Of a stretch of DNA of 64,000 nt, positions 46,569 to 59,561 are shown one piece after another. Origin of the DNA: Octopus sinensis. Taxonomy: Eukaryota. Within the stretch, counting starts at the first letter, position 1. The number at the start of each line of letters is the position of its first letter. Made by a program: the position numbers and the translations under genes. Where the stretch lies: positions 131,874,001-131,938,000 of the forward strand of contig NC_043000.1 in NCBI RefSeq assembly GCF_006345805.1, read 5' to 3'. The notes beneath the pieces are model-generated. The model searched no databases. It had not been told where the DNA came from and was given only the letters and a program-made list of their open reading frames with translations.

Positions 46569-46951
46569 ATCAAAGTGGTAAATTTTAATATATTTATTCT
46601 ATAAACTGATAAATAAACTTCTTATTTTAGAATAAGTTGATCCTCATTAAAATATATATTTTTTTACATTCCTTGACAACAGTTTATTTAACATATATTA
46701 CATTTCATTTTCATTTTTCTCACCGAGTCCTCAACTAGAGATTAACGACGTGAGATGTGAGGTGTTTTCTGGTACAGATCAACGTGTAAGGAACGTAGTT
46801 GCCTAACTTGCTGCTGTATAATGTGTTTTAGGTAACTAAAAACTCAAATGACCGTTACAATGAGAAGGAAAATTTCATAAGCCGTAAAAAGACGAAGTTA
46901 AATCAGGCAGAGTTTCGGTAGTAGTAAAAAAAAACAAAAAAACAAAAGGTA

Positions 46952-47071
46952 ATGCTTACAGCACCTAGGGTTCCCAAGCGGTCACCCATCTAAGTACTAA
47001 CTAGGCTCGATGTTGCTTAACTTCGGTGATCGAACGAGAACCGGTGCTTTCAACGTGATATGGCCGTAAGC
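46952..47071 (-). rRNA. RNA5S: 5S rRNA gene, unit 23
   Basis: Full core; rearranged upstream. Confidence 0.95.
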
Positions 47072-47441
47072 ATCAAAGTGGTAATTTATTCTATAAATAA
47101 ATAAACTTCTTATTTTAGAATAAGTTGATCCTCATTAAAATATATATTTTTTTACATTCCTTGACAACAGTTTATTTAACATATATTACATTTCATTTTC
47201 ATTTTTCTCACCGAGTCCTCAACTAGAGATTAACGACGTGAGATGTGAGGTGTTTTCTGGTACAGATCAACGTGTAAGGAACGTAGTTGCCTAACTTGCT
47301 GCTGTATAATGTGTTTTAGGTAACTAAAAACTCAAATGACCGTTACAATGAGAAGGAAAATTTCATAAGCCGTAAAAAGACGAAGTTAAATCAGGCAGAG
47401 TTTCGGTAGTAGTAAAAAAAAAAACAAAAAAACAAAAGGTA

Positions 47442-47561
47442 ATGCTTACAGCACCTAGGGTTCCCAAGCGGTCACCCATCTAAGTACTAACTAGGCTCGA
47501 TGTTGCTTAACTTCGGTGATCGAACGAGAACCGGTGCTTTCAACGTGATATGGCCGTAAGC
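47442..47561 (-). rRNA. RNA5S: 5S rRNA gene, unit 24
   Basis: Full core. Confidence 0.95.
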
Positions 47562-47943
47562 ATCAAAGTGGTAAATTTTAATATATTTATTCTATAAACT
47601 GATAAATAAACTTCTTATTTTAGAATAAGTTGATCCTCATTAAAATATATATTTTTTTACATTCCTTGACAACAGTTTATTTAACATATATTACATTTCA
47701 TTTTCATTTTTCTCACCGAGTCCTCAACTAGAGATTAACGACGTGAGATGTGAGGTGTTTTCTGGTACAGATCAACGTGTAAGGAACGTAGTTGCCTAAC
47801 TTGCTGCTGTATAATGTGTTTTAGGTAACTAAAAACTCAAATGACCGTTACAATGAGAAGGAAAATTTCATAAGCCGTAAAAAGACGAAGTTAAATCAGG
47901 CAGAGTTTCGGTAGTAGTAGTAAAAAAAAAACAACAAAAGGTA

Positions 47944-48063
47944 ATGCTTACAGCACCTAGGGTTCCCAAGCGGTCACCCATCTAAGTACTAACTAGGCTC
48001 GATGTTGCTTAACTTCGGTGATCGAACGAGAACCGGTGCTTTCAACGTGATATGGCCGTAAGC
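47944..48063 (-). rRNA. RNA5S: 5S rRNA gene, unit 25
   Basis: Full core. Confidence 0.95.
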
Positions 48064-48449
48064 ATCAAAGTGGTAAATTTTAATATATTTATTCTATAAA
48101 CTGATAAATAAACTTCTTATTTTAGAATAAGTTGATCCTCATTAAATATATATTTTTTTACATTCCTTGACAACAGTTTATTTAACATATATTACATTTC
48201 ATTTTCATTTTTCTCACCGAGTCCTCAACTAGAGATTAACGACGTGAGATGTGAGGTGTTTTCTGGTACAGATCAACGTGTAAGGAACGTAGTTGCCTAA
48301 CTTGCTGCTGTATAATGTGTTTTAGGTAACTAAAAACTCAAATGACCGTTACAATGAGAAGGAAAATTTCATAAGCCGTAAAAAGACGAAGTTAAATCAG
48401 GCAGAGTTTCGGGAGTAGTAAAAAAAAAAACAACAAAAAAACAAAAGTA

Positions 48450-48569
48450 ATGCTTACAGCACCTAGGGTTCCCAAGCGGTCACCCATCTAAGTACTAACT
48501 AGGCTCGATGTTGCTTAACTTCGGTGATCGAACGAGAACCGGTGCTTTCAACGTGATATGGCCGTAAGC
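48450..48569 (-). rRNA. RNA5S: 5S rRNA gene, unit 26
   Basis: Full core. Confidence 0.95.
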
Positions 48570-48949
48570 ATCAAAGTGGTAAATTTTAATATATTTATTC
48601 TATAAACTGATAAATAAACTTCTTATTTTAGAATAAGTTGATCCTCATTAAAATATATATTTTTTTACATTCCTTGACAACAGTTTATTTAACATATATT
48701 ACATTTCATTTTCATTTTTCTCACCGAGTCCTCAACTAGAGATTAACGACGTGAGATGTGAGGTGTTTTCTGGTACAGATCAACGTGTAAGGAACGTAGT
48801 TGCCTAACTTGCTGCTGTATAATGTGTTTTAGGTAACTAAAAACTCAAATGACCGTTACAATGAGAAGGAAAATTTCATAAGCCGTAAAAAGACGAAGTT
48901 AAATCAGGCAGAGTTTCGGTAGTAGTAAAAAAAAAACAAACAAAAGGTA

Positions 48950-49069
48950 ATGCTTACAGCACCTAGGGTTCCCAAGCGGTCACCCATCTAAGTACTAACT
49001 AGGCTCGATGTTGCTTAACTTCGGTGATCGAACGAGAACCGGTGCTTTCAACGTGATATGGCCGTAAGC
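48950..49069 (-). rRNA. RNA5S: 5S rRNA gene, unit 27
   Basis: Full core; damaged upstream element. Confidence 0.95.
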
Positions 49070-49445
49070 ATCAAAGTGGTAATATATTTATTTTACTGAT
49101 AAATAAACTTCTTATTTTAGAATAAGTTGATCCTCATTAAAATATATATTTTTTTACATTCCTTGACAACAGTTTATTTAACATATATTACATTTCATTT
49201 TCATTTTTCTCACCGAGTCCTCAACTAGAGATTAACGACGTGAGATGTGAGGTGTTTTCTGGTACAGATCAACGTGTAAGGAACGTAGTTGCCTAACTTG
49301 CTGCTGTATAATGTGTTTTAGGTAACTAAAAACTCAAATGACCGTTACAATGAGAAGGAAAATTTCATAAGCCGTAAAAAGACGAAGTTAAATCAGGCAG
49401 AGTTTCGGTAGTAGTAGTAAAAAAAAAACAAAAAAACAAAAGGTA

Positions 49446-49565
49446 ATGCTTACAGCACCTAGGGTTCCCAAGCGGTCACCCATCTAAGTACTAACTAGGC
49501 TCGATGTTGCTTAACTTCGGTGATCGAACGAGAACCGGTGCTTTCAACGTGATATGGCCGTAAGC
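49446..49565 (-). rRNA. RNA5S: 5S rRNA gene, unit 28
   Basis: Full core. Confidence 0.95.
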
Positions 49566-49951
49566 ATCAAAGTGGTAAATTTTAATATATTTATTCTATA
49601 AACTGATAAATAAACTTCTTATTTTAGAATAAGTTGATCCTCATTAAAATATATATTTTTTTACATTCCTTGACAACAGTTTATTTAACATATATTACAT
49701 TTCATTTTCATTTTTCTCACCGAGTCCTCAACTAGAGATTAACGACGTGAGATGTGAGGTGTTTTCTGGTACAGATCAACGTGTAAGGAACGTAGTTGCC
49801 TAACTTGCTGCTGTATAATGTGTTTTAGGTAACTAAAAACTCAAATGACCGTTACAATGAGAAGGAAAATTTCATAAGCCGTAAAAAGACGAAGTTAAAT
49901 CAGGCAGAGTTTCGGTAGTAGTAAAAAAAAACAACAAAAAAACAAAAGGTA

Positions 49952-50071
49952 ATGCTTACAGCACCTAGGGTTCCCAAGCGGTCACCCATCTAAGTACTAA
50001 CTAGGCTCGATGTTGCTTAACTTCGGTGATCGAACGAGAACCGGTGCTTTCAACGTGATATGGCCGTAAGC
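49952..50071 (-). rRNA. RNA5S: 5S rRNA gene, unit 29
   Basis: Full core; upstream element deleted. Confidence 0.95.
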
Positions 50072-50437
50072 ATCAAAGTGGTAAATTTTAATAAATAAAC
50101 TTCTTATTTTAGAATAAGTTGATCCTCATTAAAATATATATTTTTTTACATTCCTTGACAACAGTTTATTTAACATATATTACATTTCATTTTCATTTTT
50201 CTCACCGAGTCCTCAACTAGAGATTAACGACGTGAGATGTGAGGTGTTTTCTGGTACAGATCAACGTGTAAGGAACGTAGTTGCCTAACTTGCTGCTGTA
50301 TAATGTGTTTTAGGTAACTAAAAACTCAAATGACCGTTACAATGAGAAGGAAAATTTCATAAGCCGTAAAAAGACGAAGTTAAATCAGGCAGAGTTTCGG
50401 TAGTAGTAAAAAAAAAACAACAAAAAAACAAAAGGTA

Positions 50438-50557
50438 ATGCTTACAGCACCTAGGGTTCCCAAGCGGTCACCCATCTAAGTACTAACTAGGCTCGATGTT
50501 GCTTAACTTCGGTGATCGAACGAGAACCGGTGCTTTCAACGTGATATGGCCGTAAGC
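50438..50557 (-). rRNA. RNA5S: 5S rRNA gene, unit 30
   Basis: Full core. Confidence 0.95.
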
Positions 50558-50934
50558 ATCAAAGTGGTAAATTTTAATATATTTATTCTATAAACTGATA
50601 AATAAACTTCTTATTTTAGAATAAGTTGATCCTCATTAAAATATATTTTTTTACATTCCTTGACAACAGTTTATTTAACATATATTACATTTCATTTTCA
50701 TTTTTCTCACCGAGTCCTCAACTAGAGATTAACGACGTGAGATGTGAGGTGTTTTCTGGTACAGATCAACGTGTAAGGAACGTAGTTGCCTAACTTGCTG
50801 CTGTATAATGTGTTTTAGGTAACTAAAAACTCAAATGACCGTTACAATGAGAAGGAAAATTTCATAAGCCGTAAAAAGACGAAGTTAAATCAGGCAGAGT
50901 TTCGGTAGTAGTAAAAAAAAAACAACAAAAGGTA

Positions 50935-51054
50935 ATGCTTACAGCACCTAGGGTTCCCAAGCGGTCACCCATCTAAGTACTAACTAGGCTCGATGTTGCT
51001 TAACTTCGGTGATCGAACGAGAACCGGTGCTTTCAACGTGATATGGCCGTAAGC
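50935..51054 (-). rRNA. RNA5S: 5S rRNA gene, unit 31
   Basis: Full core. Confidence 0.95.
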
Positions 51055-51438
51055 ATCAAAGTGGTAAATTTTAATATATTTATTCTATAAACTGATAAAT
51101 AAACTTCTTATTTTAGAATAAGTTGATCCTCATTAAAATATATTTTTTTACATTCCTTGACAACAGTTTATTTAACATATATTACATTTCATTTTCATTT
51201 TTCTCACCGAGTCCTCAACTAGAGATTAACGACGTGAGATGTGAGGTGTTTTCTGGTACAGATCAACGTGTAAGGAACGTAGTTGCCTAACTTGCTGCTG
51301 TATAATGTGTTTTAGGTAACTAAAAACTCAAATGACCGTTACAATGAGAAGGAAAATTTCATAAGCCGTAAAAAGACGAAGTTAAATCAGGCAGAGTTTC
51401 GGTAGTAGTAAAAAAAAAACAACAAAAAACAAAAGGTA

Positions 51439-51558
51439 ATGCTTACAGCACCTAGGGTTCCCAAGCGGTCACCCATCTAAGTACTAACTAGGCTCGATGT
51501 TGCTTAACTTCGGTGATCGAACGAGAACCGGTGCTTTCAACGTGATATGGCCGTAAGC
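51439..51558 (-). rRNA. RNA5S: 5S rRNA gene, unit 32
   Basis: Full core. Confidence 0.95.
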
Positions 51559-51943
51559 ATCAAAGTGGTAAATTTTAATATATTTATTCTATAAACTGAT
51601 AAATAAACTTCTTATTTTAGAATAAGTTGATCCTCATTAAAATATATATTTTTTTACATTCCTTGACAACAGTTTATTTAACATATATTACATTTCATTT
51701 TCATTTTTCTCACCGAGTCCTCAACTAGAGATTAACGACGTGAGATGTGAGGTGTTTTCTGGTACAGATCAACGTGTAAGGAACGTAGTTGCCTAACTTG
51801 CTGCTGTATAATGTGTTTTAGGTAACTAAAAACTCAAATGACCGTTACAATGAGAAGGAAAATTTCATAAGCCGTAAAAAGACGAAGTTAAATCAGGCAG
51901 AGTTTCGGTAGTAGTAAAAAAAAAACAACAAAAACAAAAGGTA

Positions 51944-52063
51944 ATGCTTACAGCACCTAGGGTTCCCAAGCGGTCACCCATCTAAGTACTAACTAGGCTC
52001 GATGTTGCTTAACTTCGGTGATCGAACGAGAACCGGTGCTTTCAACGTGATATGGCCGTAAGC
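51944..52063 (-). rRNA. RNA5S: 5S rRNA gene, unit 33
   Basis: Full core. Confidence 0.95.
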
Positions 52064-52448
52064 ATCAAAGTGGTAAATTTTAATATATTTATTCTATAAA
52101 CTGATAAATAAACTTCTTATTTTAGAATAAGTTGATCCTCATTAAAATATATATTTTTTTACATTCCTTGACAACAGTTTATTTAACATATATTACATTT
52201 CATTTTCATTTTTCTCACCGAGTCCTCAACTAGAGATTAACGACGTGAGATGTGAGGTGTTTTCTGGTACAGATCAACGTGTAAGGAACGTAGTTGCCTA
52301 ACTTGCTGCTGTATAATGTGTTTTAGGTAACTAAAAACTCAAATGACCGTTACAATGAGAAGGAAAATTTCATAAGCCGTAAAAAGACGAAGTTAAATCA
52401 GGCAGAGTTTCGGTAGTAGTAGTAGTAAAAAAAAAACAACAAAAGGTA

Positions 52449-52568
52449 ATGCTTACAGCACCTAGGGTTCCCAAGCGGTCACCCATCTAAGTACTAACTA
52501 GGCTCGATGTTGCTTAACTTCGGTGATCGAACGAGAACCGGTGCTTTCAACGTGATATGGCCGTAAGC
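52449..52568 (-). rRNA. RNA5S: 5S rRNA gene, unit 34
   Basis: Full core; 17-bp upstream deletion. Confidence 0.95.
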
Positions 52569-52935
52569 ATCAAAGTGGTAAATTTTACTGATAAATAAAC
52601 TTCTTATTTTAGAATAAGTTGATCCTCATTAAAATATATATTTTTTTACATTCCTTGACAACAGTTTATTTAACATATATTACATTTCATTTTCATTTTT
52701 CTCACCGAGTCCTCAACTAGAGATTAACGACGTGAGATGTGAGGTGTTTTCTGGTACAGATCAACGTGTAAGGAACGTAGTTGCCTAACTTGCTGCTGTA
52801 TAATGTGTTTTAGGTAACTAAAAACTCAAATGACCGTTACAATGAGAAGGAAAATTTCATAAGCCGTAAAAAGACGAAGTTAAATCAGGCAGAGTTTCGG
52901 TAGTAGTAAAAAAAAAACAACAAAAAACAAAGGTA

Positions 52936-53055
52936 ATGCTTACAGCACCTAGGGTTCCCAAGCGGTCACCCATCTAAGTACTAACTAGGCTCGATGTTGC
53001 TTAACTTCGGTGATCGAACGAGAACCGGTGCTTTCAACGTGATATGGCCGTAAGC
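52936..53055 (-). rRNA. RNA5S: 5S rRNA gene, unit 35
   Basis: Full core. Confidence 0.95.
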
Positions 53056-53440
53056 ATCAAAGTGGTAAATTTTAATATATTTATTCTATAAACTGATAAA
53101 TAAACTTCTTATTTTAGAATAAGTTGATCCTCATTAAAATATATATTTTTTTACATTCCTTGACAACAGTTTATTTAACATATATTACATTTCATTTTCA
53201 TTTTTCTCACCGAGTCCTCAACTAGAGATTAACGACGTGAGATGTGAGGTGTTTTCTGGTACAGATCAACGTGTAAGGAACGTAGTTGCCTAACTTGCTG
53301 CTGTATAATGTGTTTTAGGTAACTAAAAACTCAAATGACCGTTACAATGAGAAGGAAAATTTCATAAGCCGTAAAAAGACGAAGTTAAATCAGGCAGAGT
53401 TTCGGTAGTAGTAAAAAAAAAAACAAAAAAACAAAAGGTA

Positions 53441-53560
53441 ATGCTTACAGCACCTAGGGTTCCCAAGCGGTCACCCATCTAAGTACTAACTAGGCTCGAT
53501 GTTGCTTAACTTCGGTGATCGAACGAGAACCGGTGCTTTCAACGTGATATGGCCGTAAGC
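53441..53560 (-). rRNA. RNA5S: 5S rRNA gene, unit 36
   Basis: Full core. Confidence 0.95.
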
Positions 53561-53938
53561 ATCAAAGTGGTAAATTTTAATATATTTATTCTATAAACTG
53601 ATAAATAAACTTCTTATTTTAGAATAAGTTGATCCTCATTAAAATATATATTTTTTTACATTCCTTGACAACAGTTTATTTAACATATATTACATTTCAT
53701 TTTCATTTTTCTCACCGAGTCCTCAACTAGAGATTAACGACGTGAGATGTGAGGTGTTTTCTGGTACAGATCAACGTGTAAGGAACGTAGTTGCCTAACT
53801 TGCTGCTGTATAATGTGTTTTAGGTAACTAAAAACTCAAATGACCGTTACAATGAGAAGGAAAATTTCATAAGCCGTAAAAAGACGAAGTTAAATCAGGC
53901 AGAGTTTCGGTAGTAGTAAAAAAAAACAACAAAAGGTA

Positions 53939-54058
53939 ATGCTTACAGCACCTAGGGTTCCCAAGCGGTCACCCATCTAAGTACTAACTAGGCTCGATGT
54001 TGCTTAACTTCGGTGATCGAACGAGAACCGGTGCTTTCAACGTGATATGGCCGTAAGC
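53939..54058 (-). rRNA. RNA5S: 5S rRNA gene, unit 37
   Basis: Full core. Confidence 0.95.
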
Positions 54059-54445
54059 ATCAAAGTGGTAAATTTTAATATATTTATTCTATAAACTGAT
54101 AAATAAACTTCTTATTTTAGAATAAGTTGATCCTCATTAAAATATATATTTTTTTACATTCCTTGACAACAGTTTATTTAACATATATTACATTTCATTT
54201 TCATTTTTCTCACCGAGTCCTCAACTAGAGATTAACGACGTGAGATGTGAGGTGTTTTCTGGTACAGATCAACGTGTAAGGAACGTAGTTGCCTAACTTG
54301 CTGCTGTATAATGTGTTTTAGGTAACTAAAAACTCAAATGACCGTTACAATGAGAAGGAAAATTTCATAAGCCGTAAAAAGACGAAGTTAAATCAGGCAG
54401 AGTTTCGGTAGTAGTAAAAAAAAAACAACAAAAAAACAAAAGGTA

Positions 54446-54565
54446 ATGCTTACAGCACCTAGGGTTCCCAAGCGGTCACCCATCTAAGTACTAACTAGGC
54501 TCGATGTTGCTTAACTTCGGTGATCGAACGAGAACCGGTGCTTTCAACGTGATATGGCCGTAAGC
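54446..54565 (-). rRNA. RNA5S: 5S rRNA gene, unit 38
   Basis: Full core. Confidence 0.95.
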
Positions 54566-54946
54566 ATCAAAGTGGTAAATTTTAATATATTTATTCTATA
54601 AACTGATAAATAAACTTCTTATTTTAGAATAAGTTGATCCTCATTAAAATATATATTTTTTTACATTCCTTGACAACAGTTTATTTAACATATATTACAT
54701 TTCATTTTCATTTTTCTCACCGAGTCCTCAACTAGAGATTAACGACGTGAGATGTGAGGTGTTTTCTGGTACAGATCAACGTGTAAGGAACGTAGTTGCC
54801 TAACTTGCTGCTGTATAATGTGTTTTAGGTAACTAAAAACTCAAATGACCGTTACAATGAGAAGGAAAATTTCATAAGCCGTAAAAAGACGAAGTTAAAT
54901 CAGGCAGAGTTTCGGGTAGTAGTAAAAAAAAAAACAACAAAAGGTA

Positions 54947-55066
54947 ATGCTTACAGCACCTAGGGTTCCCAAGCGGTCACCCATCTAAGTACTAACTAGG
55001 CTCGATGTTGCTTAACTTCGGTGATCGAACGAGAACCGGTGCTTTCAACGTGATATGGCCGTAAGC
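54947..55066 (-). rRNA. RNA5S: 5S rRNA gene, unit 39
   Basis: Full core; upstream element deleted. Confidence 0.95.
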
Positions 55067-55432
55067 ATCAAAGTGGTAAATTTTAATAAATAAACTTCTT
55101 ATTTTAGAATAAGTTGATCCTCATTAAAATATATATTTTTTTACATTCCTTGACAACAGTTTATTTAACATATATTACATTTCATTTTCATTTTTCTCAC
55201 CGAGTCCTCAACTAGAGATTAACGACGTGAGATGTGAGGTGTTTTCTGGTACAGATCAACGTGTAAGGAACGTAGTTGCCTAACTTGCTGCTGTATAATG
55301 TGTTTTAGGTAACTAAAAACTCAAATGACCGTTACAATGAGAAGGAAAATTTCATAAGCCGTAAAAAGACGAAGTTAAATCAGGCAGAGTTTCGGTAGTA
55401 GTAAAAAAAAAACAACAAAAAAACAAAAGGTA

Positions 55433-55552
55433 ATGCTTACAGCACCTAGGGTTCCCAAGCGGTCACCCATCTAAGTACTAACTAGGCTCGATGTTGCTTA
55501 ACTTCGGTGATCGAACGAGAACCGGTGCTTTCAACGTGATATGGCCGTAAGC
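55433..55552 (-). rRNA. RNA5S: 5S rRNA gene, unit 40
   Basis: Full core. Confidence 0.95.
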
Positions 55553-55937
55553 ATCAAAGTGGTAAATTTTAATATATTTATTCTATAAACTGATAAATAA
55601 ACTTCTTATTTTAGAATAAGTTGATCCTCATTAAAATATATATTTTTTACATTCCTTGACAACAGTTTATTTAACATATATTACATTTCATTTTCATTTT
55701 TCTCACCGAGTCCTCAACTAGAGATTAACGACGTGAGATGTGAGGTGTTTTCTGGTACAGATCAACGTGTAAGGAACGTAGTTGCCTAACTTGCTGCTGT
55801 ATAATGTGTTTTAGGTAACTAAAAACTCAAATGACCGTTACAATGAGAAGGAAAATTTCATAAGCCGTAAAAAGACGAAGTTAAATCAGGCAGAGTTTCG
55901 GTAGTGTGTAGTAAAAAAAAAAAAAAAACAAAAGGTA

Positions 55938-56057
55938 ATGCTTACAGCACCTAGGGTTCCCAAGCGGTCACCCATCTAAGTACTAACTAGGCTCGATGTT
56001 GCTTAACTTCGGTGATCGAACGAGAACCGGTGCTTTCAACGTGATATGGCCGTAAGC
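55938..56057 (-). rRNA. RNA5S: 5S rRNA gene, unit 41
   Basis: Full core; upstream element deleted. Confidence 0.95.
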
Positions 56058-56425
56058 ATCAAAGTGGTAAATTTGAATAAATAAACTTCTTATTTTAGAA
56101 TAAGTTGATCCTCATTAAAAATATATATTTTTTACATTCCTTGACAACAGTTTATTTAACATATATTACATTTCATTTTCATTTTTCTCACCGAGTCCTC
56201 AACTAGAGATTAACGACGTGAGATGTGAGGTGTTTCTGGTACAGATCAACGTGTAAGGAACGTAGTTGCCTAACTTGCTGCTGTATAATGTGTTTTAGGT
56301 AACTAAAAAACTCAAAATGACCGTTACAATGAGAAGGAAAATTTCATAAGCCGTAAAAAGACGAAGTTAAATCAGGCAGAGTTTCGGTAGTAGTAGTAAA
56401 AAAAAAAAAAAAAAAACAAAAGGTA

Positions 56426-56547
56426 ATGCTTACAGCACCTAGGGTTCCCAAGCGGTCACCCATCTAAGTACTAACTAGGCTCGATGTTGCTTAACTTCGG
56501 TGGTGATCGAACGAGAACGGTGCTTTCAACGTGATATGGCCGTAAGC
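56426..56547 (-). rRNA. RNA5S: 5S rRNA gene, unit 42 (small indels, possibly consensus error)
   Basis: 3-bp insertion and 1-bp deletion near contig end. Confidence 0.85.
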
Positions 56548-56921
56548 ATCAAAGTGGTAAATTTTAATATATTTATTCTATAAACTGATAAATAAACTTC
56601 TTATTTTAGAATAAGTTGATCCTCATTAAATATATATTTTTTACATTCCTTGACAACAGTTTATTTAACATATATTACATTTCATTTCATTTTTCTCACC
56701 GAGTCCTCAACTAGAGATTAACGACGTGAGATGTGAGGTGTTTTCTGGTACAGATCAACGTGTAAGGAACGTAGTTGCCTAACTTGCTGCTGTATAATGT
56801 GTTTTAGGTAACTAAAAACTCAAATGACCGTTACAATGAGAAGGAAAATTCATAAGCCGTAAAAAGACGAAGTTAAATCAGGCAGAGTTTCGGTAGTAGT
56901 AAAACAAAAAACAAAAAGGTA

Positions 56922-57040
56922 ATGCTTACAGCACCTAGGGTTCCCAAGCGGTCACCCATCTAAGTACTAACTAGGCTCGATGTTGCTTAACTTCGGTGAT
57001 CGAACGAGAACCGGTGCTTTCAACGTGATATGGCGTAAGC
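56922..57040 (-). rRNA. RNA5S: 5S rRNA gene, unit 43 (1-bp deletion)
   Basis: Near contig end. Confidence 0.85.
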
Positions 57041-57406
57041 ATCAAAGTGGTAAATTTTTCATAATAAACTTCTATTTAGAATAAGTTGATCCTCATTAAA
57101 ATATATATTTTTTACATTCCTTGACAAAAGTTATTTAACATATATTACATTTCATTTTCAGTTTTCTCACCGAGTCCTCAAACTAGAGATTAACGAGTGA
57201 GATGTGAGGTTGTTTTTGGTACAGATCAACGTGTAAGGAAAGTAGTTGCTAACTTGCTGCTGATGTAAATGTGTTTTAGGTAACTAAAAACTCAAATGAC
57301 CGTTACAATGAGAAGGAAAATTTCCAAGCCGTTAAAAAGACGAAGTTAAATCAGGCAGAGTTTCGGGTAGTTGTAGTAAAAAAAAAAAACAACAAAACAA
57401 AAGGTA

Positions 57407-57522
57407 AGCTTACAGCACAGGTTCCCAAAGCGGTCACCCATCTAAGTACTAACTAGGCTCGATGTTGCTAACTTCGGTGATCGAACGAGAACCGGTGCTT
57501 TCAACGTGATATGGCCGTAAGC
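57407..57522 (-). rRNA. RNA5S: 5S rRNA gene, unit 44 (several indels)
   Basis: Error-rich sequence next to the gap. Confidence 0.8.
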
Positions 57523-57732
57523 ATCAAAGTGGTAATTTTAATATATTTATTCTAAAACTGATAAATAAACTTCTTATTTTAGAATAAGGTGATCCTCATT
57601 AAAATATATATTTTTTTACATCCTTGACAACAGTTTATTTAACATATATTTACATTTCATTTTTCATTTTCTCACCGAGTCCTCAACTAGAGATTAACGA
57701 CGTGAGGATTGTGAGGTGTTTTCTGTACAGAT

Positions 57733-57832
57733 NNNNNNNNNNNNNNNNNNNNNNNNNNNNNNNNNNNNNNNNNNNNNNNNNNNNNNNNNNNNNNNNNNNN
57801 NNNNNNNNNNNNNNNNNNNNNNNNNNNNNNNN
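57733..57832. other. Assembly gap (100 N) inside the 5S array
   Basis: Run of exactly 100 N; indel-rich sequence on both sides. Confidence 0.99.
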
Positions 57833-58083
57833 ATATTACATTTCATTCATCTTCTTTCTCACCGTCCTCAACTAGATTAGATTAACGAACGTCAGAGTGA
57901 GGTGTTTTCTGGACAGATCAACGTGTAAGGAACGTAGTTGCCTAACTTGCTGCTGTATAATGTGTTTTAGGTAACTAAAAACTCACATGACCGTTACAAC
58001 AAGAAGGAAAATTTCATAAGCCGTAAAAAGACGAAGTTAAATCAGGTAGAGTTTCGGTAGTAGTAAAAAAAAAACAACAGGAA

Positions 58084-58203
58084 ATGCTTACAGCACCTAG
58101 GGTTCCCAAACGGTCACCCATCTAAGTACTAACTAGGCTCGATGTTGCTTAACTTCGGTGATCGAACGAGAACCGGTGCTTTCAACATGATATGGCCGTA
58201 AGC
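58084..58203 (-). rRNA. RNA5S: 5S rRNA gene, unit 45 (U17)
   Basis: Full core. Confidence 0.93.
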
Positions 58204-58571
58204 ATCAAAGTGGTAAATTTTAATATATTTATTCTATAAACTGATAAATAAACTTCTTAGTTTAGAATAAGTTGATCCTCATTAAAATATATATTTTTTA
58301 ACATTCCTTGAACAGTTTATTTAACATATATTACATTTCATATTCATTTTTTCTACCGAGTCCTCAACTAGAGATTAACGACGTCGATGTGAGGTGTTTT
58401 CTGGTACAGATCAACGTGTAAGGACGTAGTTGCCTAACTTGCTGCTGTATAATGTTTTTAAGGTAACTAAAAACTCAAATGACCGTTACAACAAGAAGAA
58501 AATTTCATAAGCCGTAAAAAGACGAAGTTAAATCGGGCAGAGTTCGGTAGTAGTAAAAAAAAACAACAGAA

Positions 58572-58691
58572 ATGCTTACAGCACCTAGGGTTCCCAAGCG
58601 GTCACCCATCTAAGTACTAACTAGGCTCGATGTTGCTTAACTTCGGTGATCGAACGAGAACCGGTGCTTTCAACATGATATGGCCGTAAGA
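58572..58691 (-). rRNA. RNA5S: 5S rRNA gene, unit 46 (U17)
   Basis: Full core, first base changed. Confidence 0.92.
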
Positions 58692-59065
58692 ATCAAAGTG
58701 GTAAATTTTAATATATTTATTCTATAAACTGATAAATAAACTTGTTAGTTTAGAATAAGTTGATCCTCATTAAAATATATATTTTTTTACATTCCTTGAC
58801 AACAGTTTATTTAATTTATATTACATTTCATTTTCATTTTTCTCACCGAGTCCTCAACTAGAGATTAACGACGTCAGATGTGAGTGTGTTTCTGGTACAG
58901 ATCAACGTGTAAGGAACGTAGTTGCCTAACTTGGTGCTGTATAATGTGTTTTAGGTAACTAAAAACTCAAATGACGGTTACAACAAGAAGGAAAATTTCA
59001 TAAGCCGTAAAAAAACGAAGTTTAAATCGGGCAAAGTTTCGGTAGTAGTAAAAAAAAACAACAAA

Positions 59066-59185
59066 ATGCTTACCGCACCTAGGGTTCCCAAGCGGTCACC
59101 CATCTAAGTACAAACTAGGCTCGATGTTGCTTAACTTCGGTGATCGAACGAGAACCGGTGCTTTCAACATGATATGGCCGTAAGC
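59066..59185 (-). rRNA. RNA5S: 5S rRNA gene, unit 47 (U17)
   Basis: Full core. Confidence 0.92.
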
Positions 59186-59561
59186 CAAAGTTGGTAAATT
59201 TTAATATATTTATTCTATAAACTGATAATAAACTTCTTTCTTTCTTAGGAATAAGTTGATCCTCATTAAAATATATATTTTTTTACATTCCTTGACAACA
59301 GTTTTTTAACATATATTACATTTCATTTTCATTTTTCTCACCGAGTCCTCAACTAGAGATTAACGACGTGAGATGTGAGGTGTTTTCTGGTACAGATCAA
59401 CGTGTTAGGAACGTAGTTGCCTAACTTGCTGCTGTATAATGTGTTTTAGGTAACTAAAAACTCAAATGACCGTTACAACAAGAAGGAAAATTTCATAAGC
59501 CGTAAAAAGACGAAATTAAATCAGGCAGAGTTTCGGTAGTAGTAAAAAAAAACAACAGGAA

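Larger units (their letters stand above)
35817..57732 (-). repeat. 5S rDNA tandem array, subtype 1 (44 head-to-tail units of 479-507 bp)
   Basis: Unit = 5S (U39) + ~350-bp spacer + variable A-rich terminator tract. Confidence 0.97.

Noticed and set aside
36004-57522. Higher-order repeat in the array
   Set aside because: Deletion-type units (2, 5, 10, 21, 29, 39, 41, 43) and terminator-length variants show no periodicity by eye.
57624-57875. ORFs inside array units, including one spanning the N gap, and 63215-63412
   Set aside because: Artefacts of Ns and indel errors in spacer DNA.
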